Positions 28,931 through 37,912 of a DNA stretch of 64,000 nucleotides are shown here, in pieces (position 1 is the first letter of the stretch; each line of letters starts with the position of its first letter). A program made the translations under genes and the position numbers. The notes under the pieces were generated by a model, which was not told the DNA's origin, did no database searches, and was given only the letters and a program-made list of their open reading frames with translations. This stretch comes from Eubacteriales bacterium (GTDB lineage: Bacteria; Bacillota; Clostridia; Lachnospirales; Lachnospiraceae), in the NCBI GenBank assembly GCA_030533405.1, contig JAUNJF010000002.1:9339-73338 (forward strand), written 5' to 3'.

Positions 28931-29392
28931 TCACTTTTTTATGATTTCTCTAACCTGCGCCAATGATAAACCTTCACGCTGTGCTATTTTCTTCAATTCC
29001 TCAAACTCCATTTTTTCTCGTAAAACACCATACCCTCCAGACTGTTTGACATGTATCGGTCCCCACTCCGAATCAACAGAATATTCTCGTCTTCCCAATA
29101 TCATACGATTACATACGTTCTCTCGAATTCCGATTGTTGTCGTATACTGAAATATCGTCCTTGCCATTTCCTTTCGCTGCCCTTCCTTACATAGTACTGA
29201 CAGCATGATTCCAGTTCTTCCCTTTTTCATGCCAATCGGAATGGTATATACATCCAGCGCTCCCCGCTCTAGCAAAACATCCATCGCATACGCCAAATCC
29301 TCACCTGTCATATCGTCAATATTACAGCGTAACTCTAATACCTGATCTTCCTGCTCCAAATTCCTAAACTGCGCCTCTTCTAAATTATTCAT
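28931..29392 (-). CDS. stand-alone LarC C-terminal-domain protein (nickel-pincer cofactor insertase fragment)
   Basis: The track ORF is 28931-29413. The start is placed at MNNLEEAQ (AAGGAG 6 nt upstream). LELRCNIDDMTGEDLAYAMDVLLERGALDVYTIPIGMKKGRTG...TTTIGIRE matches the C-terminal half of LarC/DUF111. No N-terminal half lies upstream. Confidence 0.6.
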   Translation of the reverse strand: MNNLEEAQFRNLEQEDQVLELRCNIDDMTGEDLAYAMDVLLERGALDVYTIPIGMKKGRTGIMLSVLCKEGQRKEMARTIFQYTTTIGIRENVCNRMILGRREYSVDSEWGPIHVKQSGGYGVLREKMEFEELKKIAQREGLSLAQVREIIKK

Positions 29393-29504
29393 TCCAATCT
29401 CCTTACCATTCATATGTATTTATTGAGAAACCCTCGATAATCCAAATTTTGTTTTTCAATTCCTTAACTATATTTTTATTATTTTATCACAATCTTCATC
29501 ATTA

Positions 29505-29518
29505 TAAAAACGCTTACA
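29505..29518. promoter_or_regulatory. candidate CcpA cre site upstream of GH43
   Basis: TAAAAACGCTTACA matches 13 of 14 positions of the cre consensus TGWAANCGNTNWCA. It lies about 95 nt upstream of the GH43 start. Confidence 0.4.
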
Positions 29519-29610
29519 AAAAACTTTTTAAGATAATCCTTTAAAATTCTTTTATTCTTTGATATTATATGTTATATTGTACTAAAAAATAAGAAAGGTA
29601 GACATGAACT

Positions 29611-30582
29611 ATGGAAAAAAATCAACCATTGGTAACAAACATTTATACTGCTGACCCTTCAGCACATGTATTTGATGGTAAACTTTATATATACCCATCA
29701 CACGATTTAGAGCATGAGTGCGAAGATAACGACAACGGCGATCAGTACAACATGGAGGACTATCATATCCTTCGTCTTGACGACTTAGATTCTGATTGTG
29801 TTGACTGTGGTGAAGTATTACATATGAACGAAGTACCTTGGGTATCACAGCAGATGTGGGCACCTGATTGTGCTTATAAGAACGGTAAATATTACTTATA
29901 CTTCCCAGCTCGTGACAAAGATGGTATCTTCCGTCTTGGTGTTGCTACTTCAGACACTCCAGATGGAAAATTCGTTCCTGAAGAGAACTACATTGAGAAG
30001 AGTTTCAGTATTGATCCAGCTGTTTTAGTAGATGATGACGGACAGGGATATGTATACTTCGGCGGTCTTTGGGGCGGTCAGTTAGAGAAATGGCAGACAG
30101 GCACATTTGTTCCAGATGCAGAGGGACCAAAAGGAAACGAGAAAGCATTAGGACCAAGAGTTGCTAAGTTAACTGATGATATGCTTCAGTTCAAAGAGGA
30201 TGCAAAAGAAATCGTAATTCTTGATGAGAACGGCGAACCACTTAAGGCTGGAGATGAGGACAGACGTTATTTCGAAGGTCCTTGGATGCACAAATATAAT
30301 GATACATATTATTTATCATATTCAACTGGTACAACATGTACAATCGTATATGCTACAAGTAAGAACCCAGAAGGACCATTTACATTCCGTGGTAAGATTC
30401 TTGAGCCAGTTATCGGTTGGACAACACATCATTCAATCGTTGAATATAATGGTAAATGGTACCTCTTCTATCATGATTCATCATGGTCAAGAGGCGTAAG
30501 CAGTATGCGTTGCGTTAAGTACACAGAAATCGAGTACAATGAGGATGGAACAATTAAGACAATTAATCCATACGCAAACTAA
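29611..30582 (+). CDS. glycoside hydrolase family 43 (beta-xylosidase / alpha-L-arabinofuranosidase type), cytoplasmic
   Basis: This 323-aa five-bladed propeller has ADPSAHVFDGKLYIYPSHD, WAPDCAYKNGKYYLYF and YFEGPWMHKYNDTYYLSYS. It has no signal peptide. Confidence 0.85.
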   Translation: MEKNQPLVTNIYTADPSAHVFDGKLYIYPSHDLEHECEDNDNGDQYNMEDYHILRLDDLDSDCVDCGEVLHMNEVPWVSQQMWAPDCAYKNGKYYLYFPARDKDGIFRLGVATSDTPDGKFVPEENYIEKSFSIDPAVLVDDDGQGYVYFGGLWGGQLEKWQTGTFVPDAEGPKGNEKALGPRVAKLTDDMLQFKEDAKEIVILDENGEPLKAGDEDRRYFEGPWMHKYNDTYYLSYSTGTTCTIVYATSKNPEGPFTFRGKILEPVIGWTTHHSIVEYNGKWYLFYHDSSWSRGVSSMRCVKYTEIEYNEDGTIKTINPYAN

Positions 30583-30688
30583 TACATTTCGTATAATGAA
30601 CATCAACAAAACAGCACAGGAATTATCCTGTGCTATTTTGTTATTCTACAACAATTTCACAACCTTATAAAAACAAAGGAGCAGATAA

Positions 30689-31786
30689 ATGAAAAAAATA
30701 CTTCAGGTTTTTGGATTGCTTATTTTTTCCATCCTGACACTGATTGCCATCTTTTTAGAAGGACTAACCGTCTATATGAGCACCAATAAAACAACAGACG
30801 ATTATGTCCTCATACGAGCTTCTCTCGTTTTTGTACCTGTTATCCTTATATTCGGATGGATTTCTATTTTGCTTTTCAGACACTTATTTCACTTGGTAAA
30901 TACCGAAAAAAAGCTAGAAAAGGTTGAAAAGCGAAGAAAACAAAAGGCTGAAAAGCAACAAAAACGTGATGAAAAATACAGGATTTATTTAGAAAAAGAG
31001 CGACAAAAAAAGGAAGCAAAATTCAAACAATATTTAGAAACACAGGCAAAAATAGAAGAACAGAACAAACAACAACAAGCCAAAAAAAATTCTATTTTGC
31101 GTAACCAAAATATAGAAAAAGAAAGACAATTAAACGAATATAAGCATATGCGTCAAAGAGAAGAAATATTGAATATTATACGATGTGAGGATTCCGGAAT
31201 CGAAATTCTGATTGGTTTTCTCCTGTATCTTTCATCTTATGTGTATTTTTTTGCAGTTGCGATTGCTGCTGCACAACCCTTAAAAAACACACTAACCCAG
31301 CTCTCTATCACAACTAAATTACTATATTTGGCAGCTATAACAGTAATCGCATTTGGAGGTTTTTTCACCTTAATTTTCCTTGGTGTTAACCTAAAAAAAC
31401 AGACATACGACGCCAGACAAACCATTTTTATCAAAACACAATCTGGGCACTTGTATTACTGCAAGCTTTTTACAGAATTCATAGACGCACAATATACTGG
31501 TAATAAAGTTATACGCATTATTCATAATGCTGATATTGCAGAACAAAATGATGAACGTGTCCGAAAAACTGTTGCATATTCGAAAACGGAAGAATTTACC
31601 AATATGCTAACACCTTTATTACATGGCGAAAAAGTGGATCTGCCATATACGCATATATTTGAGGATTGTGATCATCCGAAAATTTGTGAAAAAGGAATTT
31701 TCTTTCATACCCTCCTATATTATGATCCTGAAACGGACCAAACCAAGAAAATCAAAATCCATCGTAGTCTATATAATAAAATCTAA
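30689..31786 (+). CDS. membrane protein of unknown function with a long Lys/Glu-rich coiled coil
   Basis: It is 365 aa with a good RBS (AAAGGAG). It has 2 N-terminal TM helices, then about 90 aa of KE-rich helix (KLEKVEKRRKQKAEKQQKRDEKYRIYLEKERQKKEAKFKQ...), then 2-3 further TM helices and a C-terminal soluble domain of about 130 aa. I recognise no family. Confidence 0.55.
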   Translation: MKKILQVFGLLIFSILTLIAIFLEGLTVYMSTNKTTDDYVLIRASLVFVPVILIFGWISILLFRHLFHLVNTEKKLEKVEKRRKQKAEKQQKRDEKYRIYLEKERQKKEAKFKQYLETQAKIEEQNKQQQAKKNSILRNQNIEKERQLNEYKHMRQREEILNIIRCEDSGIEILIGFLLYLSSYVYFFAVAIAAAQPLKNTLTQLSITTKLLYLAAITVIAFGGFFTLIFLGVNLKKQTYDARQTIFIKTQSGHLYYCKLFTEFIDAQYTGNKVIRIIHNADIAEQNDERVRKTVAYSKTEEFTNMLTPLLHGEKVDLPYTHIFEDCDHPKICEKGIFFHTLLYYDPETDQTKKIKIHRSLYNKI

Positions 31787-31790
31787 AGCA

Positions 31791-31836
31791 AAAAGACAGG
31801 AGCAAAGAGATTTCTCTCATATATCCTGTCTTTTTA
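31791..31836. terminator. bidirectional terminator between convergent genes
   Basis: AAAAGACAGGA ... TCCTGTCTTTTT forms the stem, with A/T runs on both sides. It lies between the plus-strand gene ending at 31786 and the minus-strand esterase ending at 31874. Confidence 0.75.
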
Positions 31837-31873
31837 TAATTTTATTTTCTTAAATACACGCTATCTACTCTGT

Positions 31874-32677
31874 CTATCGAAATATTTTCTTCAAAAAATT
31901 AAACAGTCCATGTGACCAGACTACAAAATCATGCGCACCTTCTGTCACATAGAAAATATGATCTGTTCCATTTTTTTCAAGTGCCTTATGATATCTCTCT
32001 GGTTCTGTTCGGACTACCATGTCCTGATCACCTGTCGCAATCATAATAAACGTCGGATATTCCACTGACCATTTCAACGTTTCTTCCGTTAACAATCCCG
32101 GTTCTGACATAAACGGATTTGCATATGGCAATACACCAATTGCTGGGCTAAACGCACCGACATACGCAAACAACTCTGGATGTGTACAACTAATGTATAA
32201 CGTTTCTCTGCCACCCATGGATAATCCACAAATTGCAGTGTGCTCTCTCCCCTCTAAAATCGAAAAATGTTCTTTCATATACGGCATCAGACATTCTGTC
32301 AAATCCGTAATAAACGAATCAAACGCATGAAAATGTTCTAATGTAAAAATGTCATCGGGATCCTTTCGATCATCCTTTCTTGCACGAACATTCGGAAGTA
32401 CCGCAATCATTTTCGGAATTTCTCCATTCGCCATTAGATTTCCCAACATTTCTACCGGGTTTGCACCAAGCCATTCCTCCTCATCGCCACCAATTCCGTG
32501 TAACATATACACAACTGGATATTTTTCCTGTTGCGAATAACCTGGGGGAAGAATCACATTGGCATTTCTTATCGATTGCGTAACAGATGACTGGTAGGAA
32601 ATCAATTGCATTTCTCCATAGGTAACTCCCTCCTTCTTTGTGCGTACGTCCTTTGGAATATCATATATTTGCTTCAT
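31874..32677 (-). CDS. alpha/beta-hydrolase esterase (CE1-like, feruloyl or acetyl-xylan esterase type)
   Basis: The track ORF is 31874-32701, and the start is placed at MKQIYDIP (AGGGAGAAG RBS). It has the motifs YMLHGIGGDEEEW, the nucleophile elbow GLSMGG and a C-terminal HDF. Confidence 0.75.
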   Translation of the reverse strand: MKQIYDIPKDVRTKKEGVTYGEMQLISYQSSVTQSIRNANVILPPGYSQQEKYPVVYMLHGIGGDEEEWLGANPVEMLGNLMANGEIPKMIAVLPNVRARKDDRKDPDDIFTLEHFHAFDSFITDLTECLMPYMKEHFSILEGREHTAICGLSMGGRETLYISCTHPELFAYVGAFSPAIGVLPYANPFMSEPGLLTEETLKWSVEYPTFIMIATGDQDMVVRTEPERYHKALEKNGTDHIFYVTEGAHDFVVWSHGLFNFLKKIFR

Positions 32678-32710
32678 TTCTCTTCTCCCTTTTTCATTCA
32701 AAATATATAA

Positions 32711-32733
32711 GAAATTGCAGGTTTTGCAATTTC
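32711..32733. promoter_or_regulatory. perfect 9-bp palindrome overlapping the putative esterase promoter
   Basis: It reads GAAATTGCA-GGTTT-TGCAATTTC. On the minus strand TTGCAA (-35), a 16-nt spacer and TATATT (-10) overlap it. Confidence 0.35.
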
Positions 32734-32743
32734 CTACTAAATG

Positions 32744-32778
32744 TTAGATTACATACAAAAGGGCAAGCGCACGTTCAT
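32744..32778 (-). terminator. rho-independent terminator after GH43-CBM6
   Basis: The minus strand reads GGGCAGGCG ATGAACGTG CGCTTGCCC followed by TTTTGTATG. Confidence 0.75.
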
Positions 32779-32804
32779 CGCCTGCCCTACATGATCGCAT
32801 TATC

Positions 32805-34259
32805 CTATTCGCTAAACTTCCAGCTCTTCACCTCGAAGTCACTACCCTCAAATACAAAGTAGACATCATGCTTTCCATTAACAGCTGCTGATAGCTGTGC
32901 CTTCGCAACAGAAAGTGTATTTGCGCTTTCTGGTTTCACTTCTACTTCTGCAACTACATCGCCCTCTAAGGAATCGATGCATACATAAATTTTACCAGAA
33001 CCTGTTCCGCGTACCTCTACCTCGATTGCATTTGCGCCCTTGTCAGCAAAATTCGCACCATATACGCCAATCCAGCTACCAGTTGTAATATCTGTAACAA
33101 TCATGTCACCTGAACCATATTGAATACTCTGCTCACCATACTGTGTTGTCGAAATTCCAGCCATAATTGCCATGGTTGTTGCATCTGTCTTTTCATACGG
33201 ATTCAGGCTTCCAACCTGTGCAACACCTTTTCTGGTCATTGTAATTGTCTCAATGTCTCCATTTGCATCCAAATTCACAGCATCAATACCAGTACAACGA
33301 TAGCCCTTTAATACTCCCATTGCTTCCTCAGAAATTCTTGAGTGATATGCCATATATAACTGTCCTTTGAACTCAAACATACAGTGGTGATTATTGCCAC
33401 CCAAGCCAAAGAAAAACTCTGGATTCTTTAATACTGGCTTATAAAATGTAAATGGTCCCAATGGCTGATCAGAAACCATAACATTGATTTCACCCTGATC
33501 GTATCCAAGCTCTGGTCTCTTCTCCTCAGGAATAGAGAAGTTAGAACAATATGAATAATAGTATTTACCATTAATCTTATTAATTCCAGAATCCTCAAAC
33601 AAATATGCAACATTCTCAATTGCAATTGGATCTCCATCTAAACTAATCATATCCTGACCAAGCTTTGCCATTCTGGCCGTTCCAGGATTCGCAGCCTTAT
33701 CGTCTGATGGTACACCACCACCAAAATAAATATAAGCCTCCCCATCATCATCCATCAATACCGCTGGGTCAAATAACCATGTTACCTCTGCACATGTAGG
33801 TGTCTTTTCTCTTGAAATCAATGGTCCATTGATTGGATCTGTAAATGGTCCAATTGGACTATCTGCACTCAATACAGCAATTCCATTACCACTATTAGCA
33901 AAATATAAGAAAAACTTCATCTTACCATCAATCTCTTTATATGCTGCAGCTGGAGCCCACGCATTGTTACCCCATGTAGCCTGTCCTTTACTAGACGCCG
34001 CATACACGCATCCATGATCTGTCCAGTTCACCATATCTGCTGAAGAAATGACATTGATTGTATAAATATTACTATAATTATTTTCAATAATTTCACCATT
34101 CTCGTCATACATAAAATCGTCTCCGGTCATGTAAAGATATACACGTCCATCGTAAACCAAACCATATGGATCTGCACCAAATCTCTGTGTCATAACTGGA
34201 TTGGCATCCCCAATTCCCTTAAAACTCTTTTTCAACTCCATGTTTGAAATTCCGCTCAT
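32805..34259 (-). CDS. glycoside hydrolase family 43 with a C-terminal CBM6-like module
   Basis: It is 484 aa with GADPYGLVYDGRVYLYMTGD, WAPAAAYKEIDGKMKFFLYF and LFEDSGINKINGKYYYSY. The C-terminal ~130 aa form a beta-sandwich ending VYFVFEGSDFEVKSWKF. It has no signal peptide. Confidence 0.82.
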   Translation of the reverse strand: MSGISNMELKKSFKGIGDANPVMTQRFGADPYGLVYDGRVYLYMTGDDFMYDENGEIIENNYSNIYTINVISSADMVNWTDHGCVYAASSKGQATWGNNAWAPAAAYKEIDGKMKFFLYFANSGNGIAVLSADSPIGPFTDPINGPLISREKTPTCAEVTWLFDPAVLMDDDGEAYIYFGGGVPSDDKAANPGTARMAKLGQDMISLDGDPIAIENVAYLFEDSGINKINGKYYYSYCSNFSIPEEKRPELGYDQGEINVMVSDQPLGPFTFYKPVLKNPEFFFGLGGNNHHCMFEFKGQLYMAYHSRISEEAMGVLKGYRCTGIDAVNLDANGDIETITMTRKGVAQVGSLNPYEKTDATTMAIMAGISTTQYGEQSIQYGSGDMIVTDITTGSWIGVYGANFADKGANAIEVEVRGTGSGKIYVCIDSLEGDVVAEVEVKPESANTLSVAKAQLSAAVNGKHDVYFVFEGSDFEVKSWKFSE

Positions 34260-34392
34260 ATTTATTCTCCTTATATGTAATTATTTCCTTACCGTATATT
34301 GTGTGAATCTGATTTCACATCTAAATTTTATTATACAACACTGCATTTCCTCATTCAAGAGTACGATTTCAGGATTTCCATATTCTTCCAAC

Positions 34393-35046
34393 TTATTTTT
34401 GTGCAAGTATATCCAAAATTTCCATCGGCTTATTCACAAATAAATTTGCACCCTGCGCTCTCAAAAACGCTTCATCCCGAAATCCCCATGTAACAATAAT
34501 GCTGTCGATTTCTGAATTATTTGCTGTTGCAAAATCCACTTCAGAATCCCCAATGTAAACTGCATCTTCCGGTCTCGTCTGCATCTGTTTCATCGCCATA
34601 TACACCATATCAGCAGCTGGCTTTCTTGCAATTCCTTCCTGTTCTCCTACCGCATAATCCACAAGTCCTGTGAAAAACTTTTGGCACAGCTCCTGTACTG
34701 CTGCATCTGCCTTGTTAGATACTACAGCAATCCCATAACCTTTTTCTCGCAATTCTTTCATCAATTCTATGATGCCATCATACGGCTTTGTTTTGTCATA
34801 GCAATGTAGTTGATAATAAGCTTTCATATCTGCAAACATCTGTGCAATTTTCTCTGCATCTGTTCCTGCCACAGCACTTCGCTCTACTAATTTCAAAATA
34901 CCATTTCCTACAAAGGTTCTTACCTCTTCTATGGTTCGTTTTGGCATGTTATGACATTCCAATGTGTGATTCATTGCATCTGTCAAATCCTCTAAGGTAT
35001 CCAAAATCGTTCCATCCATATCAAATATCAACAATTTCTTCTTCAT
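34393..35046 (-). CDS. HAD-superfamily hydrolase (phosphoglycolate phosphatase-like)
   Basis: It has motif I (LIFDMDGTILDT), motif II (VSNK) and motif III (IGDSEVD). The start is placed at MKKKLL (AAGGAGGG RBS). Confidence 0.8.
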   Translation of the reverse strand: MKKKLLIFDMDGTILDTLEDLTDAMNHTLECHNMPKRTIEEVRTFVGNGILKLVERSAVAGTDAEKIAQMFADMKAYYQLHCYDKTKPYDGIIELMKELREKGYGIAVVSNKADAAVQELCQKFFTGLVDYAVGEQEGIARKPAADMVYMAMKQMQTRPEDAVYIGDSEVDFATANNSEIDSIIVTWGFRDEAFLRAQGANLFVNKPMEILDILAQK

Positions 35047-35090
35047 GTTTTTCCCTCCTTGTATCATAAATTTTAGGTAATGGAGAAACT

Positions 35091-35885
35091 TTATCCTAAC
35101 ATAACATCTAACAACATCATAAGCGAAAAACCCAGTGCAAATGAAATGGTAGAATGGTTACTATGCTCTCCCTGTGCCATTTCCGGAATCAATTCTTCCA
35201 CTACCACGTAAATCATCGCACCAGCTGCAAAACTAAGTAAATATGGCATAACCGGCACTACAAAACCTGCAGCCAAAATTGTCACGATGGCACCAATGGG
35301 TTCTACCGCACCTGATATGACACCACCCAAAAAAGCTCTTTTCTTAGAAAATCCCTCTGCCGCCAAAGGCATAGACACAATAGCGCCCTCTGGAAAATTT
35401 TGAATTGCAATACCTATGGCTAAGGAAAGCGCCGCCGTGACCGAAATTGCCTCACTTCCAGAACGCCATGCTGCAAATATCACACCAACAGCCATTCCCT
35501 CCGGAATATTATGCAGAATCACTGCCAAGAGCATCATCGACGTCTTTTTGATTTTTACTTTTGCGCCCTCTGGTTCATCGCTGTCGCGGTGTAAATGCGG
35601 AACAGTATAATCTAATAACAATAAAAATCCCATTCCAAGTAAAAATCCAATCACTGCTGGAATCACTCTCATTTTTCCCATAGCAGATGCCTGTTCTAGT
35701 GCCGGTAATAGCAAACTAAAAAAGGAAGCAGAAACCATAATACCTGCCGCGAAACCTGTCAGTATCTTCTCTACTGTCTGATTCATGGCACCTCCCTGTT
35801 TTTTTCCTTGTGGTAGAAACACCAACGCTGCACCCAAACTGGTTCCCACAAACGGAATCAACACTCCAATCAATAACTGTTTCAT
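35091..35885 (-). CDS. ZIP-family divalent metal (zinc) transporter
   Basis: It is 264 aa with 8 TM helices and the motifs HNIPEGMAVG and QNFPEGA. Confidence 0.85.
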   Translation of the reverse strand: MKQLLIGVLIPFVGTSLGAALVFLPQGKKQGGAMNQTVEKILTGFAAGIMVSASFFSLLLPALEQASAMGKMRVIPAVIGFLLGMGFLLLLDYTVPHLHRDSDEPEGAKVKIKKTSMMLLAVILHNIPEGMAVGVIFAAWRSGSEAISVTAALSLAIGIAIQNFPEGAIVSMPLAAEGFSKKRAFLGGVISGAVEPIGAIVTILAAGFVVPVMPYLLSFAAGAMIYVVVEELIPEMAQGEHSNHSTISFALGFSLMMLLDVMLG

Positions 35886-35917
35886 TTTATGCGGCCTCCT
35901 TACTGTTTATGCACCTT

Positions 35918-37426
35918 TTACTCCCAATTTCTTACTGCATCTGAATAATACTGAATCAATACTGGCTTCGTCAGACGATTCACCTCAATCGAATCATTAC
36001 TTGCCAACATCTCATCTTTTCCAAATGAAAATAATGCAGGGATAGACTGCTCATTCAAATAGTTTGTATCAACTTCCAATTCATATGTATCATCTAATTC
36101 CTTTTTGGAAGCCATATTAAATCCCCAGTCACCAAACGCAGGCACCTGTAAATGATACGCATTTACAAAGAACCCTTCACTTTCTAAGGTTTTGTTCACG
36201 CACCAAAATGCCTTGGTTGCATAATATGGACTCGTTGATTGCACAACCAAAACGCCATCGTCCGTCAATGCATTATGACACATTCTGTAAAACACATTGG
36301 TATATAACTTATTCAAGCTTTCATTGTTCGGATCCGGCAAGTCCACAATAATGACATCATACGCAGTGTCATTTTGTTCCAAATATTTATATGCATCTGT
36401 ATTAATGATATGCACACGCTCATTGTTTAGCGAATTCTGATTCAAGTCTGTAATAATGGGGTTTTCACTGCAAATTTTTGTCATCTCAGAATCCAAATCC
36501 ACCAGGGTAATCTCTGTCCCCTCGTATTTTAACAATTCTCTACAAGCCAAACCATCTCCACCACCAAGCACAAGCACTCTATCCTTTTTTGCCGCTTTAC
36601 TCATTGGAATATGCACAAGCGCCTCATGATATCTGTATTCATCTAACGAACAAAATTGCACATTACCATCAATAAACAAACGAATATCATCTTTATGTCT
36701 TGTCATAACAATATGCTGATACTGCGTTTGTTCCGAATAAATAATCTGATCACGATACATTCCGCCCTCTAAACGGTTGGATAATTCATCTGCAAAAATC
36801 ATACCAAACATCATCTCAATGAATAACACAATCACGACCACCTGATATAATTTTCCATTCTCAATTCTTTTCTTATACTTAAAGATGATAAGTGCAGCAG
36901 CCAAAAAATTCATAGAACCTGCTAAAAATGCTGTTGCAATATATCCTAATTGTGGCAATAACAATAATGGAAATGCTACAGAACCAAGCAAACCACCAAT
37001 ATAATCAAAACTAAAAATGGAGGAAAGTGTGACTCTCAAATTCTCCTCGTCATTTTCAATAATTCTTGTCAACAGAGGAATCTCTGCACCAACCAAAATA
37101 CCAATCAAAATGATTTCAATATACATTATCAATTGATATTGCTCCAGATACACATTGGCTAAAAATAGAATAAACGCACTAATTCCGCCTAAAATACCCA
37201 CGCCAATCTCCACCAGGACAAACCAATTAAATAGCTTATCCTTTATATATTTTGACAAATAAGAGCCAAGTCCCATTGCAGACATATATAGTCCAATTGT
37301 GATGGAATACTGCAACGTACTATCTCCCACCAAATAAGAGCTGACAGCACTAATTAATAACTCATAGCAAATAGAACACCCTGATATAATCAGTGTCGTC
37401 AGCATTAAAAGTCTATATTTTTTCAT
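35918..37426 (-). CDS. membrane-anchored polyamine aminopropyltransferase (SpeE-like catalytic domain after about 7 TM helices)
   Basis: It is 502 aa. The N-terminal ~210 aa are polytopic. The C-terminal domain has VLVLGGGDGLACRELLKY and VIIVDLPDPNN, the spermidine synthase SAM/dcSAM fold. Confidence 0.82.
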   Translation of the reverse strand: MKKYRLLMLTTLIISGCSICYELLISAVSSYLVGDSTLQYSITIGLYMSAMGLGSYLSKYIKDKLFNWFVLVEIGVGILGGISAFILFLANVYLEQYQLIMYIEIILIGILVGAEIPLLTRIIENDEENLRVTLSSIFSFDYIGGLLGSVAFPLLLLPQLGYIATAFLAGSMNFLAAALIIFKYKKRIENGKLYQVVVIVLFIEMMFGMIFADELSNRLEGGMYRDQIIYSEQTQYQHIVMTRHKDDIRLFIDGNVQFCSLDEYRYHEALVHIPMSKAAKKDRVLVLGGGDGLACRELLKYEGTEITLVDLDSEMTKICSENPIITDLNQNSLNNERVHIINTDAYKYLEQNDTAYDVIIVDLPDPNNESLNKLYTNVFYRMCHNALTDDGVLVVQSTSPYYATKAFWCVNKTLESEGFFVNAYHLQVPAFGDWGFNMASKKELDDTYELEVDTNYLNEQSIPALFSFGKDEMLASNDSIEVNRLTKPVLIQYYSDAVRNWE

Positions 37427-37427
37427 G

Positions 37428-37859
37428 CTACATGATTACTCCACTAATAACGATTGCAAGGCCAATAAAGATTCCAAATACCATAATACCAGCTGCTTCA
37501 TTTCCTTTTCCAATCTCTTCATTCAAATTATACTTTTTGTTAAATAAGTTAACTAACACATACCCTACCATGAAAAAAACAATTCCCACTGCAAAGTAAA
37601 TGATACTATTGATCAATCCTGCCCCTAACGACTCCTCTGCCTGCTGCACAGCTGGTGACATAATTGCAGCACGAAGAATTGTGCCTATTCCAATAAAAGA
37701 ACCAGCCGAAAACCATCCAACTGCTGTATTTCCCTTTTGTATCTCTGTCGGAAAATGACAAGGAACAATCAAATCAATCAAAAAGTTACCCAACATCATC
37801 AATGCGATTCCCGCAACAGAATACACAGCGACTAAAAATAAATCATTTAAAATCTCCAT
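37428..37859 (-). CDS. DUF350-family small membrane protein (YjfL-like)
   Basis: It is 143 aa with 4 TM helices in two repeats. Its stop lies 1 nt from the speE-like start. Confidence 0.65.
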   Translation of the reverse strand: MEILNDLFLVAVYSVAGIALMMLGNFLIDLIVPCHFPTEIQKGNTAVGWFSAGSFIGIGTILRAAIMSPAVQQAEESLGAGLINSIIYFAVGIVFFMVGYVLVNLFNKKYNLNEEIGKGNEAAGIMVFGIFIGLAIVISGVIM

Positions 37860-37912
37860 ACCTTTTCACAACCGCCCTCTTGCGGCATTCCCCTTTCTAT
37901 ACTTAACTATGT

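Noticed and set aside
30890-31170. An A-rich, apparently repetitive DNA stretch (aaaa/gaaa periodicity)
   Set aside because: It is the coding sequence of the Lys/Glu-rich coiled coil of the 365-aa protein. I found no exact tandem DNA repeat unit, and it is not a CRISPR or VNTR-like array.
34290-34345. A further copy of the intercistronic repeat upstream of GH43-CBM6 (TGTGAATCTGATTTCACATCTAAATTTT)
   Set aside because: It shares only short words (TTTCACA, CTAAATT), in a different order from the E1 and E2 copies. Its hairpin is only 6 bp.
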